A DNA stretch of 52,641 nt from Ferroacidibacillus organovorans (GCF_001642725.1 NZ_LSUQ01000016.1:1-52641), one strand, 5' to 3'; shown: positions 10,606-20,154, counted from the first letter of the stretch. Program-made: numbers and translations. Notes: generated by a model from the sequence alone, not told the origin.

Positions 10606-11652
10606 CTACCGTGCGAGTCCTGAAAATTGCCGCAGCAAGCGCAAGTCATTGACATAGAAGTGACGAACGTCTTCCACTTGATACATCAGCATCGCGACGC
10701 GCTCGACGCCCATGCCAAAGGCAAAACCAGTGCATACCTGCGGGTCGTAGCCGCCCATCTCAAGGACGCGTGGATGCACCATCCCGCAGCCGAGGATTTC
10801 AATCCAACCCGTGTGCTTGCACGTGCCACAACCGCTCCCGCCGCAGTAAATGCAGCGAACGTCAAGCTCGGCACTTGGCTCCGTGAACGGAAAATAGCTC
10901 GGTCGCAAGCGCACGTCCTGATCCGCCCCAAACATCTCCCGCGCAAACGAAAGCAGCATGCCTTTGAGATCGCTCATGCGGATGCCCGCACCTACGACCA
11001 GACCTTCGACCTGCGTGAACGCGTGAGAGTGCGTCGCGTCGTCGTCGTCGCGCCGATACACACGCCCTGGCACGATGATGCGAAACGGTTGGTTGTTCTC
11101 CATCCGCAAAAGGGTGCGCGCCTGAACCGGTGACGTATGCGTCCGCAAGAGCACATCCGGACTCAAATAGAACGTATCCTGCATATCGCGCGCCGGGTGA
11201 TCCTTGGGGAGATTGAGCGCTTCAAAGTTGTAGTAGTCGAGCTCCACCTCAGGGCCTTCCTCAACGGTGAACCCGAATCCGACAAAGATATCCTCGATTT
11301 TCTGAATGACAAACTGCAGAGGGTGAGGCGCTCCGATCGCTCGGGTACGCGCGTCAAGCGTCACATCAATCGCTTCAGCCGCCTCCCGCTTTTCTCTCTC
11401 TGCGTCCTCCATTAGCGAGCGTCGCTCGCCAAACGCGTGTTCGAGTCGATCCCGCACATCGTTTGCCAATTGGCCCATCCGCGGGCGCTGCGTCGCATCC
11501 ACCTGCGAGAGTCCGCGCAAAACGTTCGCAAGCTCCCCTTTTTTGCCGAGATACATGACGCGCCACGCATCGAGTGCCTCCAAGGTTTCCACCGTTTGCA
11601 GGGACTCAAGTGCGCGCGCTTCAAACGCCTCCATCTTCTCTTCCACACGCAT
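10606..11652 (-). CDS. pheS: Phenylalanine--tRNA ligase alpha subunit
   Basis: [51 protein letters not shown]. Confidence 0.97.
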   Translation of the reverse strand: MRVEEKMEAFEARALESLQTVETLEALDAWRVMYLGKKGELANVLRGLSQVDATQRPRMGQLANDVRDRLEHAFGERRSLMEDAEREKREAAEAIDVTLDARTRAIGAPHPLQFVIQKIEDIFVGFGFTVEEGPEVELDYYNFEALNLPKDHPARDMQDTFYLSPDVLLRTHTSPVQARTLLRMENNQPFRIIVPGRVYRRDDDDATHSHAFTQVEGLVVGAGIRMSDLKGMLLSFAREMFGADQDVRLRPSYFPFTEPSAELDVRCIYCGGSGCGTCKHTGWIEILGCGMVHPRVLEMGGYDPQVCTGFAFGMGVERVAMLMYQVEDVRHFYVNDLRLLRQFSGLAR

Positions 11653-11734
11653 TCCTCTCCTTCATATCGCGTCACAACACATGTCACACACATCGCCTTG
11701 CGGATCACACCAGCGTTTATCATCCTCAATTCAA

Positions 11735-11995
11735 ACAAAAAAACCTTCGTCAAGGGACGAAAGTCGCGTCGTATCGTGGTACCACCCTAGTTTCACTTCA
11801 AAGCTGTGCGCACGAAAAAATACGTCAGTGAAGTGCTCTCATGCATAACGCGCATACGCGGAGCCGCCTACATGCCTCACCGTTCAGCGGTCACTTCACG
11901 AGTGAACTTCACTTCGCATTGATGAGGAACGCTCTCAATCTCGGCGTCCCATCCCTGAACATCTCGCGCAAAGCTACTCTCTCGATCATCAGTTT
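11735..11995 (-). ncRNA. T-box riboswitch (Phe) upstream of pheST
   Basis: T-box AACTAGGGTGGTACCACG, TTC specifier in GAAGTTCACTC, terminator CTTTCGTC-CCTT-GACGAAGG followed by a T run. Confidence 0.9.
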
Positions 11996-12002
11996 GATGA
12001 AG

Positions 12003-12031
12003 ATTATACCGTTCCCCCTCCCTTGACGCAA
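12003..12031 (-). promoter_or_regulatory. SigA promoter of the pheST leader
   Basis: TTGCGT-17 nt-TATAAT. Confidence 0.7.
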
Positions 12032-12079
12032 GGCGTACCGGTTTGAATCCGCTGCTCACATTTTCGCGTGAACAGTGCC

Positions 12080-12910
12080 TTACTTTCGCACCAAGCGCTG
12101 GCGCAGCGATTCGTACAGAATGACGGATGCCGCGATGGCGACGTTGAGCGACTCTGTTTTCCCAGGCATCGGAATGGTGATCATCCGCTCGCACAGGTCA
12201 CTCGCGTCAAACGAGAGCCCGTCCGCCTCAGAACCGATGAACAGCGCAAGTTTTCCCGTCAGATCTTCCTCGTAGAGCGAAGTGCCGTCAAGATCCGTGC
12301 CGATGACGCGGTAGCCTTCTTCGTTTAAACGTGCGCCGAGTTCTTCAAACGTGTCCGTCATGCGCGCAATCTGCAGGCTTGGAAGCGATCCCATCGCAGC
12401 GCGCACGACCTTTGGACTGTACACATCAACGGTTCCCGGAAGCGTCACAATGCGCGTGCATCCAACGGCGTGTGCGCTGCGCAAAAGGGCGCCCAGATTG
12501 CCCGGATCCTTTACGCCGTCAAGGAGAAGCAGCGGGGCGGCGGCAACCGTCGCATCTCCCTCGCCCTCGTCGACGATTGCGCGCCAGTCCGCGTCTCCCA
12601 TGCGCGCCACCCCGATGACCCCTTGTGGATGCTCTGTGTCAGCGATTTTTGCGATTGCATTCGTTCCGACTGGGAGCACTTCGATCCCCTTCTTGCGCGC
12701 CGCAAAGACGAGATCGAGCGCCACGTCTGGCAGGGGTATCTCGTCATCATAAATGAGTGTCTGCAGGATGTCGCCACACGAAAGATAGGTGTCGACAGCG
12801 CGCACGCCCTCGACAAGGTAGAGCTGTTCACGCTCGCGTTGTTTCTTATCTTTTAGCGCCGCGAATCCCTTGACGCGCGGATTTTGCAGCGATGTGAGTG
12901 ATTTTTCCAT
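12080..12910 (-). CDS. TrmH/SpoU family RNA methyltransferase (YsgA-like)
   Basis: LDGVKDPGNLGALLRSA, FIGSEADG, IPMPGKTESLNVAIA SPOUT motifs; position upstream of pheS. Confidence 0.9.
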   Translation of the reverse strand: MEKSLTSLQNPRVKGFAALKDKKQREREQLYLVEGVRAVDTYLSCGDILQTLIYDDEIPLPDVALDLVFAARKKGIEVLPVGTNAIAKIADTEHPQGVIGVARMGDADWRAIVDEGEGDATVAAAPLLLLDGVKDPGNLGALLRSAHAVGCTRIVTLPGTVDVYSPKVVRAAMGSLPSLQIARMTDTFEELGARLNEEGYRVIGTDLDGTSLYEEDLTGKLALFIGSEADGLSFDASDLCERMITIPMPGKTESLNVAIAASVILYESLRQRLVRK

Positions 12911-12921
12911 AACTTCTCTCC

Positions 12922-14226
12922 TTATGCAATCACGTTTCGTCCCGCATCGTGCGCCTCATACAAGCGTTCGCGCAGAATCCGATCGAGTACCTCAAGGGTT
13001 GTGACAAGATCTGCAAACTGCGTGTACAGCGCGACCGGCGCGAGACGAACGATGTTCGGCGGCCGAAAATCAGGCGTCACACCGTGTTCTTTGAGCGCCT
13101 TCGCAATGCGATCGGCGTGTGGGTGAAGCAGTGCCACATGTCCACCGCGGGCCTCGGCTGCGCGTGGCGTGCCAATCTGCAGTTCGGGGTATAGCGCGCC
13201 AAGTTGCTCAAGACCCTCCATGAGAAGGTCCGTTAGCGCGAGCGATTTCTCGCGAATCCGGTCGATGCCGATGTCAAGAAAAAGCGGAAGCACGCCAGCA
13301 AGACCGGCAAGGCTCAACATGTGCGGCGTGCCCTGCTGAAATGCGCCTGCGCCTTTTGCGCGCGCAAACGACGGCGCCATGTCAAACTGGCGTGTCTTAT
13401 CCGATCCCCACCAGCCTGGAAACGCGGGGGGCACAGCGTGATGGCGCTCGTGGATAAAAAGTCCAGCCACAGCGCCCGGGCCCGCCGAGAGGTACTTGTA
13501 GTGGCACCACACCGCAAAATCCACCTGGTCATCATGCAACGCATGTGGCATCGCGCCAATCGAGTGCGAGAGGTCGACTCCCAGGAGAATCCCCTGCGAT
13601 CGCGCTCTGGCTGCAATCGGAGCGATAGGGAGTCGCTGACCGGACTGATAGAGTACACTTGAGAAAAAGGCAAGTCCCACATCGTCGCGCATCTGAGTGA
13701 GCAAGTCGTCGATCGATAGGTGTCCATCACGCGAGTCCACCCACACGAGATCCCGCTCCGGATCGCCGCCTTGGTTTGCCACGTGCGCCTTGATCGCGTA
13801 CACGTCCGTCGGAAAATTGAGCGCATCGATCAAAACCCGCCGTTTTCCGGCGCGCGGCTTATGAAGCGTCGCCAAGAGATGGTGAAGGTTGGATGTGGTC
13901 GAGCCGGTTACTGCGACCTCGCTCGGTTTGGCTCCGATGAGCGTGGCCACTCCCTTGGCGCATGACTCGGCCATGGAAAACCACGGATCCGGCTCGCTTG
14001 ACCAGCCGTCAATCCCCGAGTGTTTCCACGTCTCAAGAACGCCTAACACCGCTTGTTCTGCGTCGACAGACAGAAGCCCGAGCGAGTTTCCGTCCAAGTA
14101 GATTCCTTGCGGAAGATAAAAGCGATCGCGCATGCTGCGCAGCGGATCCGACGCGTCAAGTGTGAGCGCTCGCTCGCGCAGCGCCTGCCAGTCTTTGCCG
14201 TTAACGTCTGTCCTAAAGCCCGCCAC
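12922..14226 (-). CDS. kynU: Kynureninase (own GTG start; in frame with the upstream aldo-keto reductase)
   Basis: YLDGNSLGL, DLSHSIG, WCHYKYLSAGPGA PLP lysine, GWWG, DFRPPNIVRLAPVALY; GGGGTG RBS 8 nt before GTG at 14226. Confidence 0.88.
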   Translation of the reverse strand: MAGFRTDVNGKDWQALRERALTLDASDPLRSMRDRFYLPQGIYLDGNSLGLLSVDAEQAVLGVLETWKHSGIDGWSSEPDPWFSMAESCAKGVATLIGAKPSEVAVTGSTTSNLHHLLATLHKPRAGKRRVLIDALNFPTDVYAIKAHVANQGGDPERDLVWVDSRDGHLSIDDLLTQMRDDVGLAFFSSVLYQSGQRLPIAPIAARARSQGILLGVDLSHSIGAMPHALHDDQVDFAVWCHYKYLSAGPGAVAGLFIHERHHAVPPAFPGWWGSDKTRQFDMAPSFARAKGAGAFQQGTPHMLSLAGLAGVLPLFLDIGIDRIREKSLALTDLLMEGLEQLGALYPELQIGTPRAAEARGGHVALLHPHADRIAKALKEHGVTPDFRPPNIVRLAPVALYTQFADLVTTLEVLDRILRERLYEAHDAGRNVIA

Positions 14227-14243
14227 GCCTTTTACACCCCATT

Positions 14244-15174
14244 CTAATACTCCCACGCGCGGATGACTCGAAGAAACCATGTCAAGATCAGCCGCCTTCG
14301 CGTTAAACTCCACCTGCTCGACACTCTTGCAGCCGGGGATGACGCTTGTCACCGCAGGATGCATGAGGCACCACGCCAAGGCCCACTGCGCCATGTCGAC
14401 ACCTTCTGGAACCTCTGCGCGCGCGATCTCTTCAACCTGCTTCAATTGTGCCTGAACCGTCTCCTGCGCACGATTGGCTCGCACATCCTGCCCTGAAAAG
14501 ACGGTGCCCGGCTTATACTTGCCGCTCAAAAAGCCACTCGCCAGAGGCACGCGCGCAAGCACGCCGAGATTTTGCTGCTCGCACGAGGGAAAGACGCGCT
14601 CCTCCGGTTTGCGGTCGATGCGATTGTACACGACTTGAATCACCTCCGCATTGACGCGGCTCGCGTTCTCCGTTTGGAGGAGATTGTCGTTGCTGCCAAT
14701 TGAGATGCCCAAATGCCTGATCTTTCCCGCCTGTACCTGTTTGTCGAGCATCGTCCACACGTCATCCTGTTGAAACGAATCGTCACTCCCTGAGTGAAAC
14801 TGGTACACGTCGATGTAATCCGTGCGCAGCGCCTTGAGAGAATCCTCCAATTGCTTTTTTATTTCATCGGCTGTCCACAGTTGGACTCGACTGGCATGTC
14901 CGCTAAACTTGTGCCCAAACTTTGTGGCAATCACCCACTGGTCCCGCTCGCGCGATGTCGCACCGCCGACGAGTTCCTCCGACAAGTGATCCCCATAGCA
15001 CTCTGCCGTATCGATGAGATTGATCCCGAGTTCCTTGCCTCGTCCAATCATCGCATCCACTTCGCGCTGCGAGAAATCCTTGCCCCACTCTCCGCCAAAC
15101 TGCCACGTGCCAATGCCTATCACCGATACCTTTTGTCCTGTCTTGCCGAGCTTTCGATATTTCACATGGCTCAT
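14244..15174 (-). CDS. Aldo/keto reductase (currently reads through into kynU as a 750-aa ORF)
   Basis: GIGTWQFGG, DTAECYG, ATKFG, LRTDYIDVYQFH, IPGCKSVEQV; probable original stop TAG at 14244-14246 is out of frame. Confidence 0.85.
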
Positions 15175-15258
15175 CTCCTATGTACATTGATTTCAACTTT
15201 AGCGCCTAGACCCGAGCGAACATCTACGAGGTAAGCATAACATGTTCGACAAGTTCAC

Positions 15259-16029
15259 CTATGCAAATAAGAATGAGAATACATCCGGAATCCTCTTCCG
15301 AAACTCTGAATAATTGTGTGCCGCGCCATTTACCAACTGAAAATGGGTATGCGAAACTTTACTCTTCACGATATCGTAGATCGCTTTATTCGAGTTCACA
15401 AATTCTTGACTGATCCGCGGATCCCCCATCGCTTCTTCCGTACCACAGTCCATATAAAACCGTTCGAGCAAAGAAAGATCCGACTCACGCAATAGCGCTT
15501 CGATTTTTTCCTGGTTCCGGTAAAATCCAGAAGAGATACCCGCCACTCTACGGAAAACTTCGGGATACTGACATGCTGCAAATGATGAAATCAATCCTCC
15601 AAGCGAAACCCCTGCAAGATACGTTTGATGAACACGCGTGCGAAAGGTACCGTCGATCCTCGGTTTCAGTTCATTGACCAAAAAATCAACATAGGCGTTA
15701 CCCTTGCCACCCATAGTTTGTCGATATCCTATGATTCTTTCACTGTACGCGCCATTCATCCACGGACAATACTCATCGATGCGTTCTTCACGAGAAGCGG
15801 CAGCATCGATCCCTACCACAATAAGCTCCAGACTCGTTTTCTCTAGATACAACTCTAATCCTAATGAAACACCACCTATGGCATCCCCATCTCGAAAAAC
15901 ATTCCTTCCATCGTGCATATAGAGCACTGGATAATGCGCTTCACTGTCGAAATAATCCCGCGGAAGATAAACCCTGATGGTTCTCTCCGTATGAAACGGC
16001 GTCATTTTCATTGAGAATGTCTGAAGCAA
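15259..16029 (-). CDS. Alpha/beta hydrolase (putative esterase family)
   Basis: YPVLYMHDG, AGVSLGG nucleophile elbow, GAAH catalytic His; TTG start with GAGG RBS. Confidence 0.85.
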   Translation of the reverse strand: MLQTFSMKMTPFHTERTIRVYLPRDYFDSEAHYPVLYMHDGRNVFRDGDAIGGVSLGLELYLEKTSLELIVVGIDAAASREERIDEYCPWMNGAYSERIIGYRQTMGGKGNAYVDFLVNELKPRIDGTFRTRVHQTYLAGVSLGGLISSFAACQYPEVFRRVAGISSGFYRNQEKIEALLRESDLSLLERFYMDCGTEEAMGDPRISQEFVNSNKAIYDIVKSKVSHTHFQLVNGAAHNYSEFRKRIPDVFSFLFA

Positions 16030-16114
16030 GGCGCATTACCTCTTTTTTATTTTGATATTGCATTAATGAGGATCGAAAATAATCATAAATTGATCGAATT
16101 TTTAACCGGTGTCT

Positions 16115-16252
16115 TTATAACGTGTTCGCGGTTTTTTGAATTGGTGGTACTGGTCCTTCAAAATTTGGCTTTATTGCTAAACCATATGTCAATAGAACAA
16201 TTGAAACCGCAAACAAACCGATAAACAAGCATCCTTTACATAAACGTTTCAT
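16115..16252 (-). CDS. Unannotated 45-aa secreted propeptide, candidate RRNPP signal precursor
   Basis: MKRLCKGCLFIGLFAVSIVLLTYGLAIKPNFEGPVPPIQKTANTL*; GGAAGGTG RBS; ATG overlaps the receptor stop (TGATG); basic N-terminus, hydrophobic core, polar tail. Confidence 0.8.
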   Translation of the reverse strand: MKRLCKGCLFIGLFAVSIVLLTYGLAIKPNFEGPVPPIQKTANTL

Positions 16253-17457
16253 CACGATGCACCTTCCGTAGGACTGAATTTTGAAACTAACGCCAAGACG
16301 GAGCTTGCTTCATCGTACGCAAGGGAACTTTGCCCCGCTCGTGCTCGGCGAAGTGCTCCACTCGCAGCATGATAATTGTCGAAAGCTAAATAGTATTCGG
16401 CGATGGCCAACCAAATTCGCGCGTGAGAAGAAACTGTGTTTGGGAGTGCTTCGATCTGCGTCAGGGCTTCATCACCTACCACGCGGTTTTTAGTACCTGC
16501 CGCGATAAGAATTTTTTCATAAAGCAATTGACCGAGCGCCTCAACATTGTTCTTTTTAATTGCTAGACATTCGTCAAGTAATGTGAGCGCTTGATTCCAC
16601 TCCTTAGCCAATCGATGCAAAACCACACGGGCATGTTTCAATTCTGTCTTAATTTCACTCATCCCAAGATTATCCGATAGTTTCTGGATTCGCTGCAACC
16701 GACCTTCCACGTGATCTATCATCCCTCTATTGAGGTGAGTAGTCACCCATCCCAATAATGCCCATACCTCTAAATGACCGTCACCGCACTGTTTGGCTGC
16801 TTCAATAGATTCTTCAAAATAACATTCGGCATGTTGCAAATCTCCCATTAATAAATATCCACTACCGATATTGATATGCATGCGGAGCCATCGCTCATCA
16901 GAGGGACTCACCAAACTGCTTGCAAGTGAAAAAAACGTAATAGAATGATCATTCTGCCCTAATTCTCGATAACAACGTGCTAATGTTTGTAGAAACGGGT
17001 ACATTGTATCATCTGAATTCGGAAACTCCCGCTGAACCAGCAAGGGCAACAATGTGTTAAGCGCATCGTGCCATTGCCCAAGTTCACACTGTGCCAAACC
17101 TTTATGCCATTGAGCATGCGATGCTTTATGCGTGTTGTTATAGGAACGGCAAAGTTCTAACAAGTTATCCCAGCATTTGAGAGCTTCAGACCAACGTCCT
17201 TCTTTTTCGGCAAAATTACCTTGTTTAAAAAGAATTAATAACAACTTATTTACCTTTTCATCTATATTGTTATCGAAAAAAACGGAAACAGAAACATCCA
17301 ATTTTCTTGCGAAATACTCGAGGTTCTCGTAGCTGGGGAGTCGTTCTCCAGATTCAAAAAGACTAATCAATTGCCTTGAAACTCCATTCGTGGCGAGATC
17401 ACTTTGTTTTAATCTTCGTTCCAATCGAATACTCCGCAACGTTTCTCCGAAAGGCAT
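16252..17457 (-). CDS. XRE-HTH plus TPR transcriptional regulator, RRNPP-type (NprR/PlcR-like) peptide receptor
   Basis: N-terminal 'FGETLRSIRLERRLKQSDLA...SRQLISLFESGERLPS' HTH followed by about 340 aa of TPR-like helical repeats; 401 aa. Confidence 0.82.
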   Translation of the reverse strand: MPFGETLRSIRLERRLKQSDLATNGVSRQLISLFESGERLPSYENLEYFARKLDVSVSVFFDNNIDEKVNKLLLILFKQGNFAEKEGRWSEALKCWDNLLELCRSYNNTHKASHAQWHKGLAQCELGQWHDALNTLLPLLVQREFPNSDDTMYPFLQTLARCYRELGQNDHSITFFSLASSLVSPSDERWLRMHINIGSGYLLMGDLQHAECYFEESIEAAKQCGDGHLEVWALLGWVTTHLNRGMIDHVEGRLQRIQKLSDNLGMSEIKTELKHARVVLHRLAKEWNQALTLLDECLAIKKNNVEALGQLLYEKILIAAGTKNRVVGDEALTQIEALPNTVSSHARIWLAIAEYYLAFDNYHAASGALRRARAGQSSLAYDEASSVLALVSKFSPTEGAS

Positions 17458-17547
17458 TTTTCAACCCCCAATCTCAAGCTGGCAATTTTAAAGAATGATT
17501 TATAACAGTAATTTAACACGATAAATCAGATTTCCTAAAAACTCACG

Positions 17548-17589
17548 TGACACAAATTGTAACTTATGTCATGCGTGTATCCGATACAC
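17548..17589. promoter_or_regulatory. Paired palindromes, candidate operator sites in the divergent promoter region
   Basis: TGACACAAATTGTAACTTATGTCA (18/24 self-complementary) and perfect GTGTATC-C-GATACAC. Confidence 0.45.
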
Positions 17590-17727
17590 AAAAATGATAA
17601 GGTTTCCTTAGAGTACTCAGCAATACAAAATGACCAAGGTGATTATATTTTGTAATTCTATACATTCAATGTTCAAAACGAGGAGATCGAGTATCGCGGC
17701 CTCCTAACCTACCAGGAGGTATATCCA

Positions 17728-18867
17728 ATGCGCAAAACACAAATAGCTACCCTTCTTTTACTACCCGCGATCCTTACAGGTTGTGCATCGACCACCTCTG
17801 CGCATTCTAATCATCCAACAAAAGGGTCACACTCTGCAACAAACGTCTCAAATGCCACGACTAAAGAAATCAATGCAACCCATTTTGGCTACGAGAGTTA
17901 CGGAATAAAAATCCACTTTTCCTCAAATAAATATCAAGTTCAAGCGTATACTCCCTCTCTTGGTTTTATAGGCATAAACTCGGCTCTTAAACCCTATTCT
18001 CGCTATAAATTCAAAGCTGGGTACGGATCCATGATTCAGCTAAGCACCAACAAGGTGTTGCCTCAACCTTCGCCAATTATTGGATATGAACCCGCCTTTA
18101 TCCTCTCGAACGGACAGTTTTTGTGCTATATCTATCAGTCTCAAGGAATAGGCCCTGATTACGGCGAGATCGTCTACGCCTACAACATTAAAACTAAAAT
18201 TACAACTAAACTCTGGAACCCAGCGAATGGCACAAATCAGCAACTCTCTAATTTTCATCTAACCGGAAATCAGCTCTACTTTGCGGTTCAAAGCACAAAA
18301 GGAAACACCGCATTTGTTCAAATTCATCGAGTTAATTTGCCGACCATGCGTCAGAACATTGTATTTTCATCTAAAGGCGGTATCAATCAATACGTCGTGG
18401 AGGATTTTGCTATATCCAAAGGAAAAATTGGAATCATTTGGACGCCAGGGAGTCATTTCATACCTGTCGTAGACCACAACCCGTACGAACCGTATGATGT
18501 AACCATTGGAGCCATCAACGGAACTACAAAAAAAGTCATATTTAGAGGCGTTAATGCAGGTGCCTTCAATATGCAAGCGAAAAACGGAATATGGGCTTGG
18601 TCTGATCTAACATCCGGTGTAGAATGTTATTCATCACGCATTAACACAGTATGGAATGTCTCCAGTCAACCATCCTATGTGAAAACAGATGGTGTCACAG
18701 TATGGTGGAGATCTGTAAATACGAATCAATGTGGTGGATTTGATACAAAAACACAAAAATTTGTTAAATTCAACCAAATAAAAGCTCCATTCACCCCAAT
18801 TATTTCAGACGGTCGCGTAATACTGCTTACTGGCATCCACACAGATTATTGGACTCTAACCAAGTGA
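17728..18867 (+). CDS. Lipoprotein of unknown function (beta-rich, possibly propeller-like)
   Basis: AGGAGG RBS, MRKTQIATLLLLPAILTG-C lipobox, Ser/Thr/His linker, aromatic beta-strand-rich body. Confidence 0.72.
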   Translation: MRKTQIATLLLLPAILTGCASTTSAHSNHPTKGSHSATNVSNATTKEINATHFGYESYGIKIHFSSNKYQVQAYTPSLGFIGINSALKPYSRYKFKAGYGSMIQLSTNKVLPQPSPIIGYEPAFILSNGQFLCYIYQSQGIGPDYGEIVYAYNIKTKITTKLWNPANGTNQQLSNFHLTGNQLYFAVQSTKGNTAFVQIHRVNLPTMRQNIVFSSKGGINQYVVEDFAISKGKIGIIWTPGSHFIPVVDHNPYEPYDVTIGAINGTTKKVIFRGVNAGAFNMQAKNGIWAWSDLTSGVECYSSRINTVWNVSSQPSYVKTDGVTVWWRSVNTNQCGGFDTKTQKFVKFNQIKAPFTPIISDGRVILLTGIHTDYWTLTK

Positions 18868-18959
18868 AAACTCCGCGTTCCGGCGTAAAGATCATACCCA
18901 TGTCAAGGCAGTTCGCTCCTATGCCATTGACTACCCTACATTTGCAGTCGATAAAGAAC

Positions 18960-19607
18960 TCACAAACGCCTAAAGCTCTTGTCGCTCACAGCCTGCGAAG
19001 AGGCACCCTTGGCGTGTGTAACGTTCGGATGGCTAGTGCTTCCCACCGCATTCATAGGCACCCGCCATTTATGCAAGAAGCTCATGATTTCACGCTTTGC
19101 CCGGCTTCGATTTCCGACAATGGTGGCATCGATCGCATAAGTATACCGGTTTCCATAGGCAATCACCCAGTACTCATACGTTGCAATGGTAGAATCAGCC
19201 GCGGCTGGTGGGGTTCTCTCGTTAAGCACGAGCATTACCTTCCCAGCGGATGACGATACCCTTTCGTGACTCAAAACCTGAGAGTGATTTCCCACAACTA
19301 AAAAATACCTTTCATGCTTAACGTATGAAGGTGGCAGACTCGTAATCAGGAGCTGAATCGATACATCCTTCCAGCGAACAGAATGTTCTGGCGTAACAAC
19401 CTTCCCATTCGGCAATGTCAAGGATGTCTGAAACCATTCATTTGTTGGTCTCTTTTGATGAAGGGTCGTTCCCTGGTGAGCCGTATCCTTGCTCCTTGAT
19501 GTGGCATGGGCAGAGCCAGACAAACTACCACAGCCACTGAGGATCAGCAACGATGCACCTAATGTACCGATGAGTAAACGACGATAACTCGATGTGTGTT
19601 TCATCAT
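18960..19607 (-). CDS. Lipoprotein of unknown function
   Basis: MMKHTSSYRRLLIGTLGASLLILSG-C lipobox; GGGGGGA RBS. Confidence 0.68.
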   Translation of the reverse strand: MMKHTSSYRRLLIGTLGASLLILSGCGSLSGSAHATSRSKDTAHQGTTLHQKRPTNEWFQTSLTLPNGKVVTPEHSVRWKDVSIQLLITSLPPSYVKHERYFLVVGNHSQVLSHERVSSSAGKVMLVLNERTPPAAADSTIATYEYWVIAYGNRYTYAIDATIVGNRSRAKREIMSFLHKWRVPMNAVGSTSHPNVTHAKGASSQAVSDKSFRRL

Positions 19608-19662
19608 TTAGTAAATCCCCCCACATTAGCAGATCGATCGCAGTTAACTTGCAAATTACACC

Positions 19663-19698
19663 AAAAGAGCTGCGCCGACTCGCGGACGCAGCTCTCTC
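19663..19698 (-). terminator. Terminator of the infC-rpmI-rplT operon
   Basis: AGAGCTGCG...CGCAGCTCT hairpin with TTTT on the minus strand. Confidence 0.7.
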
Positions 19699-19794
19699 GA
19701 AATCCTGTGGTATTGTCGCGATCAGCGCAGCGACGCGCCAAACGCGTATAAAACAACCGAACGTGCCGTACGCAGTACAGCAGCGCGCAAGTCT

Positions 19795-20154
19795 TTACGC
19801 TTGCAGTTTCGTTTTCGCGACACCCGCGAGTTCGGAAAACGCATGCGCGTCCGAAACCGCAAGGTCTGCCAGCATTTTGCGGTTCACTTCAACGCCCGCT
19901 TGCTTGAGTCCAAACATCAGCTTGCTGTACGACAGACCGTTCTGGCGAGCTGCCGCGTTGATCCGCTGAATCCAAAGGCGGCGGAAATCACGCTTGCGGA
20001 CGCGACGGTCGCGGTACGCGTACATGAGCGACTTCATAACTTGTTGGTTCGCGGTGCGGAACAAGCGGTGTTTCGAGCCAAAGTAACCTTTAGCGAGCTT
20101 TAAAATCTTTTTGTGGCGACGACGCGTGATCGTTCCACCTTTAACCCTTGGCAT
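19795..20154 (-). CDS. rplT: 50S ribosomal protein L20
   Basis: MPRVKGG...[18 protein letters not shown]. Confidence 0.98.
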   Translation of the reverse strand: MPRVKGGTITRRRHKKILKLAKGYFGSKHRLFRTANQQVMKSLMYAYRDRRVRKRDFRRLWIQRINAAARQNGLSYSKLMFGLKQAGVEVNRKMLADLAVSDAHAFSELAGVAKTKLQA

